DNA of 64,000 nt, from contig NW_003314284.1 of the NCBI RefSeq assembly GCF_000143415.4, positions 1,745,715 through 1,809,714 of the forward strand, read 5' to 3'. The translations under genes and the position numbers were made by a program. This DNA comes from Selaginella moellendorffii (Eukaryota; Plantae; Lycopodiophyta). Position 1 is the stretch's first letter, and each line of letters begins with the position of its first letter. Shown piece after piece: positions 11,704-21,544 of this stretch. The notes beneath the pieces were generated by a model. That model was not told where the DNA came from. It did no database searches and saw only the letters and a program-made list of their open reading frames with translations.

Positions 11704-12262
11704 TGTAAGCTCCTGAGTTTGGACTTCCCGGGAGGTCACCCAGCCCAGTACTATTCACACTCAAGGACGCTTAACCCCAAATATCCCAAGACCCTTAACC
11801 GTTTGGAAAAGGGGGTGCACTCTTATTCATGGGCCCTTTCCCTCTATATTTGAACCCCGACGGATCGTCTCTCAAGTCGTTCCCTTTGGTTGCTTACAAT
11901 CCACCACGCTTCCCTGCAAGTTCACGCCCTCGTGAACAGAAGCTGAGAGCCGCAGCTCTCCCGAGAGCCCCGCTCTCTTGACACCCTACCCCTCGGGTCA
12001 ATCAACATGTGGTGCGATTCCCTTAGCCAACCAACAGAGTCGGACCCGAGACCCCTCTGATACCAAATGTAAGCTCCTGAGTTTGGACTTCCCGGGAGGT
12101 CACCCAGCCCAGTACTATTCACACTCAAGGACGCTTAACCCCAAATATCCCAAGACCCTTAACCGTTTGGAAAAGGGGGTGCACTCTTATTCATGGGCCC
12201 TTTCCCTCTATATTTGAACCCCGACGGATCGTCTCTCAAGTCGTTCCCTTTGGTTGCTTACA
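11704..12262 (-). mobile_element. Complete Cassandra-type TRIM (non-autonomous LTR retrotransposon with 5S rRNA-derived LTRs)
   Basis: Two identical 195-bp LTRs (11704-11898, 12068-12262) with TGTAAGC...GCTTACA ends. 5-bp TSD TTCTT on both sides; minus-strand PBS TGGTATCAGAG (tRNA-iMet) at ~12055-12065; purine-rich PPT GGGAAGCGTGGTGGAT at ~11899-11914; 169-bp non-coding interior. Confidence 0.97.
11721..11776 (-). other. 5S rRNA-derived segment (A box, intermediate element, C box) in LTR; second copy at 12085-12140
   Basis: Reverse complement GGTTAAGCGTCCTTGAGTGTGAATAGTACTGGGCTGGGTGACCTCCCGGGAAGTCC resembles plant 5S AGTTAAGCGTGCTTGGGCGAGAGTAGTACTAGGATGGGTGACCTCCTGGGAAGTCC. Confidence 0.9.
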
Positions 12263-12354
12263 TTCTTCCACAATCGTACAACTGACCTCTTCCAAAATAA
12301 GATGTGAAGCTGGCTATATATATAGATATAGCATTATAATTTGGCCCCCCTGGG

Positions 12355-12796
12355 AGATTTGGCCCCCCGTCGATCACAACATGGTCAGATGCTACCAGCA
12401 TTTTGGACAAATATTCACAGGTTATACTTCCCACCAAAGGATCAACTACAAGAAGATAAGTTCAGAAAAAACAAAGAGCAAAGTCATAAGGATCTGGCTC
12501 ACCCATCAATGCACAAATCAAAACAAAACTTTGGAAATTGTAAGAGCTGGACTTTAATTCTCCTTGAGAGTTTTCAAGAATATCTGTCCACTAGGAAGAA
12601 TGTTGCAGTGATAGATTCACGTTTTAAACACCACCTACATTTTCCAACAAGAGATAAGATCTTTGAATTCTTCCTCCTTTCCACATTATCTTGAGAGGCT
12701 TTAATGGATAATCGCTGGGGAGGCTAATGTTGACCTTAGAAAGGGATCCTATGAGATCAAGAAGAATTTCTTCAAAATTGAGAATTGAGCTAAGAA
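12355..12796. repeat. ~440-bp dispersed direct repeat, copy 2
   Basis: Same orientation as, and highly similar to, 10100-10542. Confidence 0.9.
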
Positions 12797-12839
12797 ATTC
12801 CATACATGCAAGGAAACCCAAAAGAAAAAGAATGGTCAA

Positions 12840-13220
12840 GATGGCTTGTGAGCCAAGGAAATGGCAATCTCCCTAACCAAGGTTTAACCAAGTTTACATT
12901 GCTGAGTTCACACCCCATTGATCAAAGAAGTATATGTATGAATTTGTATATGATAAATGTATCTGTAGTTGATTCCCCAGATAAATCCCTGCAACACGAC
13001 CCAGTGATCATACAAAGATAGAAGATGGCCAACTGTATATGGCTTTAGAGTTGGTAGCAGCATGCTCAAGGCTGGATGGTTGCTGGTGAATTCTTGCAGA
13101 CTTTCACCTAGCATGCTAGGTAACTGTAGAGCAGCAAGGAAAGAACATTCAGAAACTTACTTTGTGAGGAGTCAAATAATCCGGAACACCTTCTGCTCGA
13201 AGTTCCTCAAGGATCTGAAG
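12840..13220 (-). pseudogene. Cytosolic glucose-6-phosphate isomerase C-terminal pseudogene fragment
   Basis: EELRAEGVPDYLTPHK|intron|..[38 protein letters not shown][insertion]FDQWGV. The GINSFDQWGVELGK signature is disrupted. Confidence 0.85.
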
Positions 13221-15250
13221 AAAGAAACATTTAGACCATGAAAGGATACAAGAGATTCCTTACTGACCCTGCCATCTTGCAAGTTATACATAAAAGATAT
13301 TGATTAGAATCCTTTCTATAATTTTAAATTTCTATAATAACTTCCTATACAGTGATAATAATTGCAACAATATGGGATATGAGAGACCATCTGCTTATAT
13401 TACTTTTGTTACCAATAAAAGAAAGGGTATATGCAAAGACAATGTTCCATTGTCATAAAAAGTATTTGTGGATATTGATGATCTCCAAGGTATAACTATC
13501 AATCTCTACACTAAAATGACATTATGAATTTCAGACAAACGATTTAAAAAATATACATCATCACTACTGGATGATGAAAACAAACAACTAATTCTTTAGG
13601 ATTCATGTCACCTATGTAACAGATGTCTTATCTATTCCAGTGGAGCTGGATTCCTTGCTAGTTATCATTTTAGTTATCTTATTCTCACACTTGTTCTCAA
13701 GAACTATCTGCAATCATCAAATACACAACTTCATTTTATATAGAAATTCTAGAATTTGCAGTCAATGGCAATAACATGATGAAGTGAAAGAAATGAATAC
13801 CATTTAGATTATTCAATGAATATTTTTGAATATTGGAACATTATTTATTTTGACCATTATTTGTCATTACATCATGGATTCTAATATCATCCATTTCACT
13901 TGTTAACATGAAGCATGGAAGTCATACAAAAAAAGGAAGAACAAAATCAAAATTCATCCAAAGCCTTATCAGTAAGTAAAATTGTGTGATTAAGGAAGCT
14001 AAAGATATATTTGATTTTAATAATAATGTCAAAAAAGGAAATTTAAAAAGCTGTCCTCATTGATTTCTTACCCATGGTTTTATTTATTGGCAGGGATTTT
14101 TCTTAGTTGGAGGTGGAAATGAAATGTCACCATATGTCTAAGAAATAAATTTAAAATTTACTAGACTTGCCCCTAAAAGTTCAAACCCTTCATTGATTAT
14201 ATATATAGAAAAAAAAAAAAGAGCTATATATAGATCACAATTTTTGGTTTTTTATTTGCTTAAGTAAAACCTGCAAGAGACTGGGATAGTAGTGAATATA
14301 TCTAGAATATTTTACCATCTAAGATTGTTATTCATTTAGTTTAATATTGTATTTATAATTTATAAAGATGCTTATATTTTATAAACTTTCCTAAACACTT
14401 CCTAGTATATTCTTATTTATTCTACCATATAAAGGTTGATATGCAATAAGATCTTGATTTATAAATTATGAACATCCTTATAGTTGTTGATGAATTAGAT
14501 TATTGAAAAATACTAAATAAGAATAGAATTATTATTAAACAAACCAAATATTGTTATATGCAATATAGTGTTAGGTCCAATTGTACAGCTACAATGCCAT
14601 ATACTAATATTAACGTAGTAGGATTTTGGTAACTATCAAATTGGTTTCAATTTAGACCATATAAACTAGGGTTTTTAAGGTCCTTTCCATATAATTATGT
14701 AAAAAGATTTAAAATAATAAATAATAAATAAAAAGATGGACAATTAGATGGAGTTCTACTTAATTAATTAATTAGCGTCTGATGGATGAAGACTACACCC
14801 GGGTGAGCCTGAAACAGGCATTCAATAGAAGAAAAAGAATCCAGAATCTAGAAGCCAGTGATAACTTATGCCGAGAAATTCTCGTCATGCAGCAGGATTA
14901 GCTTGCTTGCTCTTTCAATGTCGACGACACTGCAGGACTGAGAAATCAACGTGAGAACACCAAGCTTTCTTTACCAGACCCCGTCTGCCAGGCCTGTCCT
15001 CTGCGTCAAAAGTCCCTGCGACGAACACGAAGCATTAGATTCTTGGAGAAAAATTTCTGCTGCTAAACCTCTAGAAATACAAACAAAGAAAGATCGGCGA
15101 GTGAAATTAAAATACCTCTATCACGTGGAAGTCAAGTCTAAGTCCAAGTCAAAAGTTTCCTGGCAATGGACTGGTAGCTGGCCAGCAACGCACGTTGCAA
15201 CAGAAAGAAAAAGAGTCTCCCTTCACGCGCGCTTGACAGCATTTCAAAGG

Positions 15251-17078
15251 ATGAGCTCCACCTCCAATGCCTCTGGGAGCGCTGGGAACCAAAGAAACAG
15301 CGACCCAGAGAACCCACTGTTGCTTCCATCCAGGAAAGGATTTAGCGCTCGCGATGAGATTGCGAGAGTGTTCTTCAGAGGTGGATCCTCGTTTGATGCG
15401 TGGCTTACTGCTTGCACAGCACAGGTAAATGCTCTGAAGATCTCTCGACCTTTTTCAGGTCAAACTTTCAGGTCGCCCAAGTTCTCCTCACGCTCCCTTA
15501 CTCTTTTGCTCAAATGGGAATGGTGCCGGGTATACTGTTCCAGCTCGTGTATGGGCTTCTCGGGTGCTGGAGCTGTTATATGACCACCAGCCTGTACGCC
15601 GACTATGTTAGAATTCTCGACAGGCAAAACTCTCGCCGAGATGACCACATTATCCAGGTGTGGTAGTGTATGAAGAGACACTAACCTCTCGAGACACTGG
15701 CTTTCAGTGGTATGAAGTTTTGGGAGGCCTCCTGGGAAAAGGATGGAAAATGGCCGGCTTGGCATCTAACTGCATCCTTCTTCTTTGTACTGCAACGATC
15801 CAGCTTATAGCTTGCGGAAGGTATGGAAAATCTGAAAGGTGAAAGTGTTGACAATGGTTAGAATGGTCGCAGCACCGTTTGGTATATCAATGATAGTTTT
15901 GAGAAAAGAACATGGACATACATCTTTGGAGCCGGCTGCTTCCTCACGGTTTTTGTTCCAACAGCTCGCAATTACCGGCTGTGGGCGTTTGTAGGAATCT
16001 TCATGACGACTTACACAGCTTGGTTTATGACAATCTCTGCTGTAATTCATGGCAAAGTAAGCGTCCAATCTTCTTCTTCTTCCCTCCCTTCTAGTGTAAT
16101 CGATCTACAGGTAGAAAACGTCGAGCATTCTGGTGCAAAAAGCTCGGTCCAATACTTCACAGGAGGCACAAACATTCTCTACGCATTTGGAGGTCACGCA
16201 GTCACGCTGTAAGCCAAATAAAAAAGAAGAGAGAAAATCTTCTTTTTGTCCCCCAGCCAAATCCTCTAAAACGGGCAGTTATTGAGTTAACAGAGAGATC
16301 ATGGATGCAATGCACAAGCCAAGAAGCTTCAAGATTGTCTACCTCTGTGCCGTGCTCTACATTTTTACCCTCACAATACCTTCGGCGGCGAGCGTCTACT
16401 GGCGCTTTGGCGACGCAATGCTCCACAATCCAAACGCACTGGCCGTCTTCCCCCGCACGAGATTCAGGGACGCCGCCGTCGTCCTCATGCTCGCGCACCA
16501 GGTAACGAGCTCTCAAGAACCCTAAAACAACATCTTTAAGGATTTTGAAAATTCCCGCCAGTTTATCGAGTTTGGGGTTCTTGCGTTGCCCATCTTCGTG
16601 ATGTGGGAGAAGCTCCTGGGCGTCCATCACTCCAAGAAGCACTACATTGTCAAATCCCTGTCGAGAATTCCAATCGTGCTCGTCATATGGTTCATCGCGA
16701 TCATGATCCCATTCTTCGGGCCGATCAACTCTGTCGTGGGCGCGCTGCTCGCAAGCGTTGCCGTCTACATCCTTCCTTGCGTCGCGTTCATGTATGCAAG
16801 GCAAGCCCCCGAATCACGAAAGGTAAAGAAATCTCTCAGCGAATGGATCTCCAATTCGATAGAGTTTTACCTTCTTCCAGGGCGCCTTGGAGCAGCCACC
16901 CTGCTGGCTCTTGAGGAGCTGGGTGCCCATGTACTGCATCAACCTTGGATCGGTGCTGTGGGTCGCGATCGTGGGCGTGGGATTTGGGGGATGGGCGAGC
17001 GTCAGCAATCTAATGGAGAAGATCAGCAGCTTTGGATTCTTCGCAAGGTGCTATCAATGCAATAGCACAAGGCACTGA
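15251..17078 (+). CDS. LAX: AUX1/LAX-family auxin influx carrier-like protein (8 exons, divergent)
   Basis: GGSSFDAW..QVAQVLLTLPYSFAQMG; NYRLW..MTTYTAW; YFTGGTNILYAFGGHAVT; PFFGPINSVVGALL; FGFFARCYQC. Introns about 45-85 bp. Confidence 0.93.
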
Positions 17079-17091
17079 ATCCGATGATCAA

Positions 17092-19207
17092 ATGCTCTGG
17101 GTCTCCAAGCGGCGACCGCAGCGATATCTTCTAACATGTCGGCGATTCTCTCTCGCATCTTGTGCTGCTGTTCTTCCCGAACAGGAATCATGTCGCAGCT
17201 ACAGCGCCTGCGTCTCCCGATTGCAGCAATGTATCAGATCCCAGGCGCTCCGCGATGGCCAAAGGATTCACGATTGGATACTGGGCTCTTCGCTGCGCGG
17301 CGACCCCTTTCTGGGCAACCTGGTGATCCAGATGTATGCCACCTGCGGCAATGTGGCCGGATCGTGGTGGGTGTTTGGAGAGGGCATCCATCGCCGCAAT
17401 GTTTTCTCGTGGAACACAATGATGGGAGCGTTTCTTTCGAGCTACCAGGTGGACGAAGCAATGATCCTGTTCAAGAAAATGCCCCAGAGGGATGTTGTCT
17501 CCTGGAACACCATACTTGCAGCAAATGCCCAACTAGGCGATTTGGACTTCTTACAAACGATCTTTGGCCAAATGCCACAGAGAGGTGTGATTTCATGGAA
17601 TACAATGATAACATCCTTTGCGCAATCAAAAGATACGTCCCGCGCCATCGAAGCTTTTGCGAAAATGCCAAAGCATACTGTCGTAAGCTGGACCGCGGCG
17701 CTGACTGCATTTGCCGAGAATGGGCATTTTGATAACGCTTGTGTTCTCTTCGATTATATGCCCGAGCGAAACGACGTCTCTTGGAGCGCAATGGCGGCCG
17801 CCTACGCCGAACACCTCCTCCCGGATCGCGCCATCGAAGTTGTCTCCGCACGGATGCCGCAGTGGAGCATCACCTCCCTGAGCTCGCTCATCCAGGCGCT
17901 CCTTCAATCCCACCGCCCGGATCAGGCATGGATCGTCTTCGCTCAGATGAACGAGCGCAACGAGTTTGCCTGGAACATCATGCTCCAGGGTCTGCTCTTT
18001 CACGATTTCCCCGCCGGGGAGCTTGTTCTCGATAAAATGCCCTGCTGGGACGTTATCGCTTGCAATACCTCCATTGTAGCATATGCCCAAAACAGACATA
18101 TTGCGAAATCTCGCGCTATTTTCTTTGCGATGCCGCACTGTTCGGTGGCTTCTTGGAACGCCATTCTTGACGCATTTGTGCAGATAAACTCGGTGGAAGA
18201 AGCTAGTCGGATATTCTGTCTGATGCCTTGCCAAGACGCAGTGTCGTGGACGGCAATCCTGGCAGTGTATGCTCAGAATGGGCATGTCACCAAAGCACAG
18301 GGTCTGTTTCAGAGAATGCCGGCGGGAAGGAGCATATTTGCGTGGAATTCACTGCTCCACGCGTGGAGCCAGGCTAAATTTCCTCACACGGTGGCCGCCA
18401 TCTTCCATCGCATGCCCGGGCAGGACTTGGTTTCCTGGAACACTCTTCTCGCAGCCTATGTTCGCAGCGGTTTTGCAAGAGAATCGCTGCAAATCCTGTG
18501 CCGCATGGATCTGGAAGCCGTGGGGATAGACGAGATCACTTTCATCAGCGTCTTGGATTCCATCTCTGCGGCCTCCACAAACTGTGATAGCAGGTTCCTC
18601 CTCGATGAGTTTCTGGGCAATCCAGAAGCTTACAGTCTCGTCCAAAGTTCTTGCGTGGTGGCAAACGCGCTTGTCGCCGCCTGTGCGAAGTCTGGCTATC
18701 TCGCCGATGCCTGGACAGTCTTTTGCAACCAGTCACCGGGACATCACTTGCTGGAGCTCCATGCTCTCGGCCTATGCGTTAAACGGCCACGAGCTCCAAT
18801 CCTTGAAGCTTTTCCAATGCATGCTACTGTCGGGCCTGGTTCCCGACGAGACCATCGTCGCGATTCTGCTCTCCGCTTGCTCGCACGCCGGCCTCTTCGA
18901 ATCTGGAGTGGAGTTCTTCCGCTCCGTGAGCCAGGACTTTAGCGAAGTGGAAGCCAACTTGGATCACTACTCTTGCTTGATCGATCTCCTGGCGAGAGCT
19001 GGGATGCTCGAGGAGGCCGCGAGTGTGATCCAGGAGATGCAATTCGAGGCCAGCTTGCTCATTTGGACGTCAATCATGGCCGGCTGCATTGTTCATGGGG
19101 ACGTGACTAGAGCATTGCTGGCTGCCGAGGAGATCGCTAGAACGCATCCAGATAGTGTCGTTGGACCGAACTTTGAGAAATCGCTTGACAAGTGCCTTTT
19201 TGTTTGA
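17092..19207 (+). pseudogene. PLS-E class PPR gene with a +1 frameshift near 18721 (pseudogene or sequence error)
   Basis: Long run of short repeats in ORF 17032..18942. The final triplet and E domain (LLSACSHAG..HYSCLIDLLARAG..IWTSIMAGCIVHG) lie in ORF 18584..19207. Removing one T from TTTT at 18721-18724 joins them (VFATSHRDITCW). Confidence 0.85.
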
Positions 19208-19231
19208 CATAGCACATTGAATCACGTGAAA

Positions 19232-19303
19232 GGGCATTTGGTCTAGTGGTATGATTCTCGCTTAGGGTGCGAGAGGTCCCGAGTTCAATTCTCGGAATGC
19301 CCC
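19232..19303 (+). tRNA. tRNA-Pro(AGG)
   Basis: GGGCATT...AATGCCC acceptor stem; anticodon arm CTCGC-TTAGGGT-GCGAG; T-loop GTTCAA; T6 terminator at 19314. Confidence 0.97.
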
Positions 19304-19991
19304 AGAGGGGTGGTTTTTTCGATTTTATTTTACGGACTTTTCGTCTCGTTTCAACACACTTCGTGCTGCGCATGCAACAAAACACCTCATGATCAATAGC
19401 ATCAAAATATGGACAAGTGGTGGTCACGCCACACTAAAAATGCCCGTGGTCCATTCATGCGAATATTATCCCTGAACACAAGGAAAATTCGATCCCTAGC
19501 GATACTGCACGAGGCAAAAATGGCCCCTCTGTCAAAATCATACACCGCATGTTCTTTGATAAATAACCGGTCGTGATTTTTGATAACGATGATGTTTAAA
19601 CTATAGTAAGATTTGAAGGCAAAGATATATCGAGATTAAATTTTCAAAGAACGTGAAACCTATGCTGACCGACAAGGTGCCTGTTTGGGGATTGATTGGT
19701 TTGACCGCAGGTGAAAAGCACACGCGCAGTCTAGCCCTTAACTTTTTACATGGGTAGGTAAAAATTTACAGCTGGCCTGAAATCGACGGACGCCGGACTG
19801 ACAGCTGGCGGCTTCTTTGGCCGAGCGATCCTCCCCAATCGACGGCAGGCATGTTTAAAGCGGTGGAGAGTTCTCGAGCAATGCCCGTGCTCTCGATCGA
19901 CCGGATTCTCTAGTATGCAAGCGCTAGGTTTTCCTGGGCCTCTAGGCTCTTGAGAGGAAATCCGGTGGCGGCAGTGGAAATTTCCAGGGAC

Positions 19992-20174
19992 ATGGTGCAT
20001 TCCTCGTCCTGGGGAGGGTTCACGATGCGTGTTCTTCGTCTGGGCGCTCAATCTCCCCGTGAATGCCAGGTTTGTTGCCCAGAAATCTTTTCTTTCGCGA
20101 TCTGAATCTTTCTTGATCTTGGATCGCTCGCGCAGGCTCGATATTTCCGTCAGCTGCTCAAGCCGGTTACGTAA
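19992..20174 (+). promoter_or_regulatory. Spliced conserved-peptide uORF of the SAC51/SACL family (thermospermine-responsive type), 38 aa
   Basis: Exons 19992-20069 and 20136-20174 (66-bp GT-AG intron) give MVHSSSWGGFTMRVLRLGAQSPRECQARYFRQLLKPVT*, matching the SAC51 uORF tail CQAEYFR(Q/H)LLKPVT*. Confidence 0.9.
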
Positions 20175-20245
20175 ATCGCTCGCACGGGGCGCAAGAAGAT
20201 TAAATCATCGTGTTCCCGGCACCTAGGGTTGGATTGAGCGCGAGT

Positions 20246-21121
20246 ATGGAGAGTGTTGAGCTGGATTTGTCACAGGCCGAGCTTGAGAACGTCTTACATT
20301 TCTCTGGAGCGATCGGCAAAGAGGAGGTGGAATTCCAAATTGCCGATCGTGTGAAGAGGCCGCCGCGGGCGAAGTATGTTCTCTTCGATCAGTGTGGAAG
20401 CGAGAAAGTGGTGGTGGTGCATTCGGATGGAGTGTCTCCTCGCCCGTACGAAGTTCTCCCGGACCCCCTTGTTCACGATCACAACACCACAGGATCTCAG
20501 ACTCTCCAGGCGCTGCTAAGTTCGGCTGGCCTGCAAGACCAAACGTGCGATCTCCAAGTCTACAAGAACGCCATGGCAGCAGCGCTGCTGGAGTTCGAGA
20601 GCTCTCACTCTGGGGAGGAGAGGCTTGAGCTCTTTGATTCGATGGAGCAGCCGCTTCAAGCAAACTCGGGCAGCTGGCAGGAGAACACGGACGATCTCGA
20701 CGCGCTCATGGAGTCGGACGAGGAAGAAGTGTCCGAGCTCAACAGTGCGAGCGTTACCAGTGACTTGACACGAGAAGATCACAGTGGTGGAGTGGAGCTC
20801 AGTGGCTACTTATCCTCCGAGGGGGAGACCGACGGCAAAGGAAGATCATCCCGACGATCCCGAGACTGCCGCTTGTCAGTGCGCTCCACCAGAAGCAGCA
20901 AAAAGTCGAGGAGGCAGACGATCAAGTACAAGATCCAGGTCTTGAGAAACATCATACCGGGGGGAGCGGGAATGGAGGCGGCAAGCGTTTTGGAGGAAAC
21001 CATCCGCTATATCACAAGCTTGGAATCTATGGTCAGATCAACCAGGTGGGCAGTGCTTGCTTGCGTGATCTCTCGCGTTTGTATTGATTGCTTCCAGATT
21101 TTTTGCAGTTCAAAGCCATGA
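20246..21121 (+). CDS. SACL: SAC51-like (SACL) bHLH transcription factor
   Basis: KYVLFDQCG, ENTDDLDALMESDEEEVS, and atypical bHLH RRQTIKYKIQVLRNIIPGGAGMEAASVLEETIRYITSLE. A possible last intron at 21032 makes the 3' end uncertain. Confidence 0.9.
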   Translation: MESVELDLSQAELENVLHFSGAIGKEEVEFQIADRVKRPPRAKYVLFDQCGSEKVVVVHSDGVSPRPYEVLPDPLVHDHNTTGSQTLQALLSSAGLQDQTCDLQVYKNAMAAALLEFESSHSGEERLELFDSMEQPLQANSGSWQENTDDLDALMESDEEEVSELNSASVTSDLTREDHSGGVELSGYLSSEGETDGKGRSSRRSRDCRLSVRSTRSSKKSRRQTIKYKIQVLRNIIPGGAGMEAASVLEETIRYITSLESMVRSTRWAVLACVISRVCIDCFQIFCSSKP

Positions 21122-21307
21122 AAAGCGAACAGCCAAGGCCGTGCTGTAACTAGTGTTCTTTTGTTTCGGGATAGGAATATTAAATCGCTTGGCTTTCTTT
21201 CTTTTGTGGCGAGATCCTTGTCTCTGTCCTTCGACTTGACACCACCTTCCGAAAGAAAGAAAAACCGATCGTGTCAAATTAGGGTATAACGATTGGTTAG
21301 TGTCTAA

Positions 21308-21380
21308 GCCGGCCTAGCTCAGTTGGTAGAGCGCAAGGCTCTTAACCTTGTGGTCGTGGGTTCGAGCCCCACGGCCGGCG
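21308..21380 (+). tRNA. tRNA-Lys(CTT)
   Basis: GCCGGCC/GGCCGGC acceptor stem; CAAGG-CTCTTAA-CCTTG anticodon arm; GTTCGA T-loop; T5 terminator at 21384. Confidence 0.96.
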
Positions 21381-21544
21381 GAGTTTTTAATCTAGGCTTT
21401 AACCTTTTGGTCCAAAAGGTGAAAGAGATATTCGCATTTGACACCTTTTTTAGGGGACAACAGGTTCATAGTCAAAAGGGGGAGGTGGACGGCAAAAGGA
21501 GTTTGTGCGCTCCTCTTATTTAGGGCGGACAAAGGTTTGGATTC

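Noticed and set aside
11721-12140. Two 5S rRNA genes
   Set aside because: Only ~56 nt of the 3' half is present, embedded in LTRs, with no 5' half or oligo-T terminator. These are Cassandra LTR segments.
10100-12796. LTR pair of a larger retroelement
   Set aside because: No TG...CA termini, PBS, PPT or TSD at the repeat boundaries.
13300-14800. Helitron 3' end or other terminus for the gene-fragment block
   Set aside because: No convincing GC-rich hairpin followed by CTRR, and no terminal inverted repeats found by eye.
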